Positions 38,319 to 46,512 of a DNA stretch of 64,000 bases are shown here, piece after piece. The first letter of the stretch is position 1; each line of letters starts with the position of its first letter. This stretch comes from an uncultured Chryseobacterium sp. (GTDB lineage Bacteria; Bacteroidota; Bacteroidia; Palsa-965), in assembly GCA_966211705.1 (NCBI GenBank), contig CBIHOC010000016.1, forward strand, positions 44,081 through 108,080, written 5' to 3'. Made by a program: the position numbers and the translations under genes. The notes beneath the pieces were generated by a model, which was not told the DNA's origin, ran no database searches, and worked only from the letters and a program-made list of their open reading frames with translations.

Positions 38319-39143
38319 ATGCGACATTTCACTTCCGCGCTCCTGGCGCTTTTGCTCCCGTTCGCCGTTACGGCAGGTACGGCCGAGCTCACGGACAAAT
38401 CCAAAACAAAGATCGCCACGCTCAGCGACAACGTCATGAAGGATGCGGACGGCAAAGTGCTGTACACGATCGCCGGCAACAACATTTACGAAGGCGCCGA
38501 CACGGCCGGGCATTTGCTCTACACCGTAGGCGAAGGCGACGTGCTGGCGAAAACGGATATTTCCGTCACGGATAAGGACGGAAAAGTTTTTATGACGACG
38601 TGGTACGGGCAGTTCGCGTTCGGTGTTCCGCCGGGGCACCAGGACTTCACGTACCTGATGGGCTATTTCACCGAAGCGAAAGAAGGGAAGTTCAAGGTGA
38701 AAGAAAAGCTGATCGGCCAGGCGCTGGGAGAAGTGACGGCGGGAACGCTTTCGGGCGTGGAATGCGTAACCGTGTTCCTCGTGTACATGGAGAAATACGA
38801 GCTCGACGATCACGCGGAGAAGCGCATTAAAGAAAAGAAAGAGGCGGATGCGCGCGCGGCGGCGGCAGCAGCAGAAAGCTCTTCAGGAAGCAGCTCCGGG
38901 AGCGGAACTTCTTCCGGGAGGACGACCGTTTACCTGACGATCGCGAACAAATGCAATCATGACGTGGAATGGAGCGTCATAGACGTGACGACCTCGTACA
39001 ACAAGATGGGCGCTTACGGCAGCACGAGCCTTGCCGCGTGGGACGGCGCGAAGATCTGCATCAAGACCGGCGGCGGGTACACGACCGTGTGCGTGGTGAG
39101 CGCGGGGATGAACGGGCAGACGGTGGTGTTGTGCAACCCGTAG
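38319..39143 (+). CDS. Hypothetical secreted two-domain protein
   Basis: Signal peptide, beta-hairpin repeats, Ala/Ser/Gly linker and a Cys-containing C-terminal domain. Confidence 0.72.
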   Translation: MRHFTSALLALLLPFAVTAGTAELTDKSKTKIATLSDNVMKDADGKVLYTIAGNNIYEGADTAGHLLYTVGEGDVLAKTDISVTDKDGKVFMTTWYGQFAFGVPPGHQDFTYLMGYFTEAKEGKFKVKEKLIGQALGEVTAGTLSGVECVTVFLVYMEKYELDDHAEKRIKEKKEADARAAAAAAESSSGSSSGSGTSSGRTTVYLTIANKCNHDVEWSVIDVTTSYNKMGAYGSTSLAAWDGAKICIKTGGGYTTVCVVSAGMNGQTVVLCNP

Positions 39144-39169
39144 GCGTTAACGGGAAGTGCATTCACTTC

Positions 39170-39186
39170 GTTCTCCACTTCGACGG
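39170..39186 (+). repeat. 17-bp direct repeat, left copy
   Basis: GTTCTCCACTTCGACGG, identical to 40060-40076. Confidence 0.85.
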
Positions 39187-39216
39187 ATCTTCCCGTAATT
39201 TTCCGTCACGACCGTT

Positions 39217-39942
39217 TCAGTAAAGCCAGAACGTCAATCGCACCTTGCCGGGCTCACCGTAAGATATCAGCCTGCCGACGAGGTTGTCATAAAATTCTTT
39301 CCCGATAAAGTCCATAATGCTCTTTTTCCACCTGTGCGCAACCAGGTGCGGGTAAGCAGTTCGGATATTTTCATAATAGATTTCTTCATCCTCTTCAGAA
39401 TAAAAAATCGGATGGCTGGAAAAAGTACTTTCGACCATCGATTCGTTGAAAAGGGCAGGATCTTTTTCAAGCAGCGCTGCGTTTTCTTTGGTGATAAACC
39501 CTATCATTTCGACCCTCTCGTTTTCCCAAAGATCTTTGGCTGCTATAAGTTCAGAAAGTAAAATCCAGCTGAAGTGATGATAGTTGCCTCCGTCTTTAGC
39601 TGACTGGACAAACGCAATTTCATTTCTAATTACTTCGTTTGCGTCTTCCGGGATCCCTCTTTCTTCAGCAAGGGCCTTTTTCGCCATTTCCTCCGTGCGA
39701 TAATACGATGAGCCTGAATTGGCCAGGGCGTTGCAGAAGTAGACGTTGTGGCCTATTTCAGAACCGGCGTCCCTGGGTGATGCAAAGTTTTCAGTAACGA
39801 GCCTTTTCTTCCCTTCGTCTTCAACGGTGAGATGGGGCCGGTCGAGGATGTCGATCATGTCGATTTCCAATTCGTGCGGAGGGTCGCCCAGCTGCCAGGA
39901 ATTGTCAGCGTAAACCTCGATAGCGATGTGTAGATAAACCAT
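39217..39942 (-). CDS. Hypothetical acidic protein of foreign composition
   Basis: 241-aa ORF, more AT-rich than its flanks, lying between the direct repeats. Confidence 0.75.
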   Translation of the reverse strand: MVYLHIAIEVYADNSWQLGDPPHELEIDMIDILDRPHLTVEDEGKKRLVTENFASPRDAGSEIGHNVYFCNALANSGSSYYRTEEMAKKALAEERGIPEDANEVIRNEIAFVQSAKDGGNYHHFSWILLSELIAAKDLWENERVEMIGFITKENAALLEKDPALFNESMVESTFSSHPIFYSEEDEEIYYENIRTAYPHLVAHRWKKSIMDFIGKEFYDNLVGRLISYGEPGKVRLTFWLY

Positions 39943-40052
39943 TTTTACTTCAGGCGGGTAAGTAAATCAACGACGAAGTGGATTGTTCCAAAAGATTCGT
40001 ATCGTGTAAACTTATCATTTTGCAACGTAATAATTCGCGTGGTCGATGCAGC

Positions 40053-40208
40053 TCATTTTGTTCTCCACTTCGACGGTTTTAACGAGGTGGTTGAGGAAAA
40101 GCGGTTGACGTGGCCGGCCACGATGCGGCTGTCCGGTGCGAGGGTTTGTGCGGGGGCAGGTAATGCGAGAAAGAAGAGCAGGGTTGTGAGGAGGCGCCGC
40201 GGGAGCAT
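40053..40208 (-). pseudogene. Truncated secreted-protein remnant (51 aa)
   Basis: TACCTTTA-N4-ATG, signal peptide MLPRRLLTTLLFFLALPAPA; stops just after the right direct repeat. Confidence 0.4.
40060..40076 (+). repeat. 17-bp direct repeat, right copy
   Basis: Identical to 39170-39186. Confidence 0.85.
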
Positions 40209-40315
40209 GGGGTAAAGGTACGGCGGTTCTAAATCTATTTATGCAGACTACGCTTTTTCATTAATGAAGAAAAAAATGCGGTTTTTAATTTTAATCAGTG
40301 GAAGCCCTCTAAAAA

Positions 40316-43222
40316 TTATTCCTTGCGAATATTTATTGCTCCAAATTTTATTGGTGTAATTTTCCCAAAGCCAAAGATAACAGGATCGCCTTCCTTAATA
40401 TCCGCAAATTTTAGAGCCTTAATACTAGCTTCTCTAAAGTATACTCTGCCTTTAAGTTCATCCGATATAATATTTATATATCCATGTTTTGTAGGCTCTG
40501 TATAAACCTTTAGGACCACGCCAGAATATCCATCTTCCTTCGGTTCGAGATTAATGATGTCAATATTGTTCAATGCCAATTTGAGTTTCTCACCGACCAC
40601 AGTTACCCTATCTTTTGGGCTACTTGGTCTGAAATTACTTCTGTAACCTAGAATTCTGTCGAGTTTTTTCTTGAATCTGTGAGTATATCTTTCGGGAAAT
40701 TTGTTAATTGCAAAGTTGGAAATCTCTATAGCTAATTGTTTATTGTTTAGTCTATAACACATGTCCACATAATTCTCTAAGGCTAAGGAAATATCAAAAA
40801 GCTCTTCGGAATTAAACTCCCTTTCAATATCGGCCATTTTTAAATGTGCATACAATGGTTGTCCATAAGCTCTATAGACTCGGCTAAACTCGTCTCTTAT
40901 TTGTTGCCTTTTAGGATATTCTCTTTCAAACTTATCATTCCAATAAAGACCTTCCCTCATTACTATAAGGCCAAAAAGATGAGCTTTTTGACTTCTTGGG
41001 AGTATAATATTCTTAGACATGTGTCTGGAGTTAAAATCTTCTAATATTCGAATGGCCTTTTCCTTATTAACAGACCATGCATAACTAGCATATCGCTTAA
41101 GCACTACAAACTCGTAGAAATTATCAAAATATTCATCAATTAATTTTACTGCCGCTAATTTATCTCCGCGATGATTGAAAAGGAAATCAGCTAAATCTAA
41201 TAATGCCTCAAGTTTGATTTCATATGAAAACCCTTTTCCTTGCCTAATAATTTCCTTGTATTGCTGAATCGTAGTTTGAGGATTGGCTTGGTGTCGAAGG
41301 CTTTTGACATGATTTAACAAAGCACGATCTGTATCAGTGATAATGTTAGCTTTAATTTTTTCATATATCCCGTTTGTAGTCCGTTTAAAAACATTATCCC
41401 TCTTGTCATATTCTTTTTTCATTATTTCCAAGATGTCCTTAGAATCAACCTTATAAGTGCCATCTTCGTCAATTTCAAGAAGTCTAAGTTTTACTAGCTT
41501 GTCAATTGCCAAATTGAATGTTATCTCATCATCATCTTTTTTGTTTAGGATTAACTTAATGTGTGAAATCAAACTTGTGAGGCTATCTTGGGGCGTTAAT
41601 AAACCAATCACAACAAAGATATCTTGCGCAAGGCTATCGCTTTGAAGTTGTTGGTAATTCCTGCCATACAAAAATTCCATTCGTTCCGATCGTGTATTTA
41701 GCCGCTTCATTTCATGCAAAAAGTCGTCGGTAATCTTACCCTTTTGGACAAAGCAATTTACGAAACGAATTATCTCGATTGGTTTTCCAAGAGTTATCTT
41801 ATGAATTTCTTCCTTAACGCCCCCTTTTTTTATCTCATTCTCTACATCTTTAAGTTGCAACGAGGTGTACTTATGCTCATTAACCAATACTTCCAGGAGA
41901 AACTTAACAGTACTGGTTGCATCTAATTCGTTCGTTTGAATATCATCTCCTATTTTTAAAAAACTGTTTCGCGTAGTTAGAATTACTTTATGGTAATTAG
42001 TATTTAGTTGTTTAATGAAGCTTGTTATCCTGCCCTTATCAACATCTTCAAATGTTTCGTAATCATCAATAACTAAAAGCATAGTTGATTTTTCGTTAAT
42101 GATTTTCGAGGTATCTGCCGACTGTTCAGAATAGATTAGAACATTAAGTTTTTCAATGAGATTCTCAAAAGATGTCACCCTATTCTCATTGCTTATTGAT
42201 ACAATTTTTCCAGTATACTTGTTAAGTTCTCGATCTTTTGCTGAAAGAAAAATGATAAATTCAAATGGTTTCTTTTCGTTCATAGACAGTTCCTCGCAAA
42301 TCTTTTGGGCTGTTGCTGTTTTCCCATTGCCACCATGGCCCCAAAGCGTTATAAAAACAGAAGAATATTTTTCTTTACCGATCAGGAACTCATAAACCTT
42401 ATTTTTAATGCTACCGACATCAATATATCTTTGATAATTAGGTGTGAATACGTTGATTATACTTCCATTGGGCTGTCTTTTAAGAATCCCGTTGTTCGCA
42501 ATAAACTCAAACTCTTCCCAGCATTTTGTGTAACTTTTATCTGATTTATCTATGCGATTATATCTAATTTTGCCAAGCAAGGGATGTTGAACATTTCTAA
42601 AGACATACAAGCCGTCATCGGTTGTATCTATATGAATAAATGGGGATAATCTGATATAGACATTAGGCTCGTATGATGCGTACACATTCCCTAACTCGAA
42701 ATCAAATACCTCTTTGGGGCATTTCCAATTACTCCGAATATCGCCGTCATAGTCATAGATTGTTCCAGTATAATTGTTAGTATTCCCATCGAAGGCCTGG
42801 CATACGATAATATTGGTGTTTCGATTTAAAATCGGAATTCTTAGGTTCAATAAATTCTTATACCAATCGTCGAACTTTGATGTATACTCTTCAAGATTAT
42901 CTTCGAAGCTATATCCATGTCCTATTAAATCGTTGCGTAGCTCAGCATAATCTGTGAGTTCGCTAGTAGAAATTTCCTCATGTATATCTAGTTTTTGGAT
43001 TAATCTAGCAATCGTTCCTATCGAAGGCTTTTGGATCTCACCAATAACATTCCCTTGAAGGATGAAATCATTAATACCTATTTCTTCAAAATTCTTGCTC
43101 CAAAAATAGGATAGCAGAAGAAAGAATGAATACTCTACTTTAACCTGATAATATACTTTAGTTTCAGCTGTTCCTTCAAACCGTTTAATTCTCTTTTCTA
43201 TTGTTCTAATGATGAAATCCAT
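40316..43222 (-). CDS. HEPN-like/NB-ARC STAND NTPase/helical repeat/cold-shock OB-fold protein
   Basis: R96-N-D-L-I-G-H102, Walker A GHGGNGKT (295-302), FIIFLSAK, Walker B LLVIDD, sensor ILTTR, GKP motif and a CspA-like C-terminus. About 32% GC in a sampled 60-mer. Confidence 0.8.
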   Translation of the reverse strand: MDFIIRTIEKRIKRFEGTAETKVYYQVKVEYSFFLLLSYFWSKNFEEIGINDFILQGNVIGEIQKPSIGTIARLIQKLDIHEEISTSELTDYAELRNDLIGHGYSFEDNLEEYTSKFDDWYKNLLNLRIPILNRNTNIIVCQAFDGNTNNYTGTIYDYDGDIRSNWKCPKEVFDFELGNVYASYEPNVYIRLSPFIHIDTTDDGLYVFRNVQHPLLGKIRYNRIDKSDKSYTKCWEEFEFIANNGILKRQPNGSIINVFTPNYQRYIDVGSIKNKVYEFLIGKEKYSSVFITLWGHGGNGKTATAQKICEELSMNEKKPFEFIIFLSAKDRELNKYTGKIVSISNENRVTSFENLIEKLNVLIYSEQSADTSKIINEKSTMLLVIDDYETFEDVDKGRITSFIKQLNTNYHKVILTTRNSFLKIGDDIQTNELDATSTVKFLLEVLVNEHKYTSLQLKDVENEIKKGGVKEEIHKITLGKPIEIIRFVNCFVQKGKITDDFLHEMKRLNTRSERMEFLYGRNYQQLQSDSLAQDIFVVIGLLTPQDSLTSLISHIKLILNKKDDDEITFNLAIDKLVKLRLLEIDEDGTYKVDSKDILEIMKKEYDKRDNVFKRTTNGIYEKIKANIITDTDRALLNHVKSLRHQANPQTTIQQYKEIIRQGKGFSYEIKLEALLDLADFLFNHRGDKLAAVKLIDEYFDNFYEFVVLKRYASYAWSVNKEKAIRILEDFNSRHMSKNIILPRSQKAHLFGLIVMREGLYWNDKFEREYPKRQQIRDEFSRVYRAYGQPLYAHLKMADIEREFNSEELFDISLALENYVDMCYRLNNKQLAIEISNFAINKFPERYTHRFKKKLDRILGYRSNFRPSSPKDRVTVVGEKLKLALNNIDIINLEPKEDGYSGVVLKVYTEPTKHGYINIISDELKGRVYFREASIKALKFADIKEGDPVIFGFGKITPIKFGAINIRKE

Positions 43223-43369
43223 TACGGGTAAGTGTTAAGTATGTTAGAATAGAATAAAAATGTCCTTTAAAGTACATTTTTTTTGTTTGAAGACTTTGTA
43301 AGTTATTAAAAAGTCAATGTTTTTATTGAAGGGCCTGGAGTTAATTACAATCCCTCTTATATTTCTCCC

Positions 43370-43409
43370 TTGCATACATAATATCCTTATGTATCTTTAC
43401 GTTATGTAT
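43370..43409 (+). promoter_or_regulatory. PadR promoter with overlapping inverted-repeat operator
   Basis: TTG-19 nt-TATCTTTA; ATACATAA-N5-TTATGTAT; a further TTATGTAT over the ATG. Confidence 0.6.
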
Positions 43410-43748
43410 TCAAGCGAACTCATCCGGGGCACACTCAAAACCATTGTTCTCCGGCTGCTGAAAGAAGAAGGAAAAATGTACGGGTACGAGATGACGCAAA
43501 AGGTGAAAGAGTTGACCGCCGGGAAAATTCTGATCACGGAAGGCGCACTCTATCCCACGTTGCACGCTTTGGAGGCGGAAGGCATTGTAACCACCGAAAC
43601 CATGCACATCGGCCGTCGCATGCGGAAGTATTACAAGCTGACCACACCGGGCAAAGCGACGGCGCGTAAAAAGCTCAGCGAAATGGCCGATTTCCTGGAG
43701 ACGATGCGCATCCTTTTCGACAGCGAAGCCGGCACGACGCGTGCGTAG
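43404..43748 (+). CDS. PadR family transcriptional regulator
   Basis: RGTLKTIVL, MYGYEM, TEGALYPTLH and RKYYKLT motifs. Start at MYSSEL. Confidence 0.92.
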   Translation: MYSSELIRGTLKTIVLRLLKEEGKMYGYEMTQKVKELTAGKILITEGALYPTLHALEAEGIVTTETMHIGRRMRKYYKLTTPGKATARKKLSEMADFLETMRILFDSEAGTTRA

Positions 43749-44823
43749 CCTGGCCGACGAACAAGTCGACTTCATCCGCGAAGACATCCGCCGGCGCGGG
43801 GTCTTTACGGAAAGCTTGCAGGAAGATCTCCTCGACCACCTGTGCTGCTACATTGAAGAGCAGGAACAGGATGGAAGGCCGTTTGAGGAGGTTTACCGGC
43901 AGGCGGTGGAAGCTTTTGGGCAAAACGGTTTGCAGCAGGTGCAGGATGAAACGCTGTTCCTCATCAACAACAAACACCTAACGACCATGAAAAAGCTCAT
44001 GTATATTTCCGGCGCATTCGCCAGCATCACGCTCATCGCGGGCGCGTTCTTCAAATTTCACCACTGGCCGGGAGCCGGAATGCTGCTGTTTTCCGGCATC
44101 GTGATCATGGCGCTGCTGTTTGCGCCTTCGCTCTTTTACCTGCGCTATAAAGAAGCGAGCGGGAAAAAAGACCGCGCCATCAGCCTCATCGCCATGACCT
44201 GCGCGGTCGTGCTGCTGGCGGGCGCGCTGTTCAGGATCTTCCACTGGCCGGGCGCGGTTGTGGTCCTGTTCACCGGCTTTTTCCTGTTCTTCCTCGTTTT
44301 CCTGCCGCTGTACATGATCAACGGCTTCCGCAACCCGGTGACACGTTTCTCATCGCTCGGGAATGGAATGCTGCTGGCCTGCACGGGCGGAATATTGCTC
44401 CTGCTCACATTCCAGCGCCCGAGCCACGCCATTGAAACGTCGCTGCATACGATCGAGGAAAATGAAACGCGTTTGCTGCACCAGCTGGAAACGTCGTGGG
44501 AAAACGCGGATGCGGATTCACATGTTAAAACGGCGATGAACGCGTTCCGGCTCAGCTGCCTGCAGGCGCACGAGCGCATCGCGCAGGCGTCGGGCAACAA
44601 CCGCGATCACGTCGGCAGCGGCCCGGTGATCAGCGCGGAGATGCTCGGCGCGATCGAAAACGACCTGGGCGCGGCGGTCAGCGCGCTGAACCTCGCCCTG
44701 TCGAAAGAGCCGGGCTGGACCCCTGTTCCGCCGCCCGATCTTCACCAGACGATCTCGGGAGACCTGCATTTTCAGATCGTGCAATTGCGAAGCCTTGTCT
44801 ATTCACAGGCGCTGGGGATGTAA
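43741..44823 (+). CDS. PadR-linked membrane protein with GldL-like N-terminal repeats
   Basis: Cytoplasmic LLDHLCC N-terminus, two GAxFxxxHWPGA TM repeats; overlaps padR. Confidence 0.75.
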   Translation: MRSLADEQVDFIREDIRRRGVFTESLQEDLLDHLCCYIEEQEQDGRPFEEVYRQAVEAFGQNGLQQVQDETLFLINNKHLTTMKKLMYISGAFASITLIAGAFFKFHHWPGAGMLLFSGIVIMALLFAPSLFYLRYKEASGKKDRAISLIAMTCAVVLLAGALFRIFHWPGAVVVLFTGFFLFFLVFLPLYMINGFRNPVTRFSSLGNGMLLACTGGILLLLTFQRPSHAIETSLHTIEENETRLLHQLETSWENADADSHVKTAMNAFRLSCLQAHERIAQASGNNRDHVGSGPVISAEMLGAIENDLGAAVSALNLALSKEPGWTPVPPPDLHQTISGDLHFQIVQLRSLVYSQALGM

Positions 44824-44828
44824 AAAAT

Positions 44829-44893
44829 AACCACGAGACACGGTAGCGACGCGATGCCTCGCGTCGCCACGCAAATACCGTGTCTCCGTGGTT
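44829..44893. repeat. Family 1 palindrome containing a GTAG-type REP
   Basis: Arms AACCACGAGACACGGTA / TACCGTGTCTCCGTGGTT around GTAG-CGACGCGA-TGCC-TCGCGTCG-CCAC (44843-44870). Confidence 0.85.
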
Positions 44894-45119
44894 TTATATT
44901 TTTCGATGAGCGTGCCGGGTTCTGCACCTGCCGGAAGTGCTGAAAACCCCTGCCCGGCGGCAAATCCAAAGGATTTTCACCCCGTAAAACGGCCATCCTG
45001 AGCCGTTTACAAAAAAGCCGGATTTCTTACATCCGAAAGTTCGCGTTTGTATCTGGCTTCCCGGGGCCTGGTAGTCGGTTTATGTTTGCTGCGTAATCAA
45101 ACAAACACACCGCATACCC

Positions 45120-46436
45120 ATGAAAACTTTACTCGCTCTCGTTTCCGCCCTCTTCCTCGCCTCCGCCGGCGCAGCCCAGACGACCGAAACCATCAAGATC
45201 ACGGTTACGGACAACCCGAACCTGGCTACCCAGGATCCCGTGACCACCATTATCGCCTTTTCGGCAAACGGCGCCGACGGTCTTGATAACGGCGACATGG
45301 GCAGCATCATCAGCCATAACAGCCCCGGCGACTACGCGCTCCCGTTCACGATGAGCTCCACGAACGACGCGATCACGTATTACGATTCCCGTCCGGACCT
45401 CGACCGTTACAAAACGATCGACCTCGGCTTCACCACGAAAGACAGCGCGACCATCAAGGTGCACTTTACCAATTCCAGCAGCAACCCTGCCGACTCCACC
45501 TACCGGCCGGCTTATCTCTACCTCGAACGCATTTCGACCGGCGAGATCTACGAAGTGCTCGAAGACACCGTGAAGCTGCACATCGAAGCCAACGAAAATT
45601 TCCAGGTCGATTTCCGCCTCCACGTCGGCCCTGCCGTCCAGACCATCACCAATGACGAGTCCTGCTACGGCACGCTCGACGGCAGCATCAAAGTCATCAA
45701 CCCGAACACGACCAACTGGCAGCTGTACATCTACGACGACATGCTCAACCTGTGGATGACCGCGCCTGTCGCCAACCCCGATACGCTTATCCCGGATATG
45801 GGCGCAGGACTCTACACGGTCGTTACGCGTGTCGGCAGCATCATGATCGATTCGGTGGAAGCCAAGATCGAAAGCCCCGCGCAGGTAGTGCCTTCTTTCG
45901 AGATCAGCGAATATTACCCCACCACCAACGACGTCGTCTACTTTGCAAACGTTTCAACCGGCTCGCTCTCTTATTACTGGACCTTCGGCGACGGCAACAC
46001 GGATACGCTCGAGAACGTTTCGCACCAGTACACCGCGCCCGGCGCTTATGAGATTGTGATGGTCGCCACCAACGAGTTTGGCTGCACCGAAAGCGTATAC
46101 GATTCCGTGTGGGTATCGGTTCCCCCGATGCAGGCCCCGCAGAACGGCAACGGCAACCCGCTCTTCCGCAGCGAAGAGACCACTGAAACTTCCACCAGCG
46201 CAGTCGCACGCCAGGGCGAGATCACGGTCGCAGGCGGCTCCCGGAAAGTAACGGTCCGCAATTCCGGCGAAGGGCAGGTGACCATCAACGTGCTGAGTGT
46301 AAACGGCCAGCTCATTTCCACCGTACAGTCGAACGATCAGCTCACCGAGCTCGCAGTCCCCCGCGGCGCTTACCTGGTGCAGGTTGTTTCAGCAAACGGT
46401 GAAGCGCAGACGAAGACGATCTTCGTGAACGAATAA
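45120..46436 (+). CDS. T9SS cargo with a PKD domain
   Basis: Signal peptide, PKD (YYWTFGDG...HQYTAPGAY) and a CTD ending GAYLVQV...KTIFVNE. Confidence 0.82.
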   Translation: MKTLLALVSALFLASAGAAQTTETIKITVTDNPNLATQDPVTTIIAFSANGADGLDNGDMGSIISHNSPGDYALPFTMSSTNDAITYYDSRPDLDRYKTIDLGFTTKDSATIKVHFTNSSSNPADSTYRPAYLYLERISTGEIYEVLEDTVKLHIEANENFQVDFRLHVGPAVQTITNDESCYGTLDGSIKVINPNTTNWQLYIYDDMLNLWMTAPVANPDTLIPDMGAGLYTVVTRVGSIMIDSVEAKIESPAQVVPSFEISEYYPTTNDVVYFANVSTGSLSYYWTFGDGNTDTLENVSHQYTAPGAYEIVMVATNEFGCTESVYDSVWVSVPPMQAPQNGNGNPLFRSEETTETSTSAVARQGEITVAGGSRKVTVRNSGEGQVTINVLSVNGQLISTVQSNDQLTELAVPRGAYLVQVVSANGEAQTKTIFVNE

Positions 46437-46454
46437 GACAAATCCCAACTGCGC

Positions 46455-46500
46455 AAAAAATAAAGTCCCCCGGAATTCCCGGGGGACTTTGCTTTTTATT
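46455..46500. terminator. Bidirectional terminator
   Basis: AAAGTCCCCCGG-AATTC-CCGGGGGACTTT with A/T runs on both sides. Confidence 0.88.
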
Positions 46501-46512
46501 TCAACGGCCATT

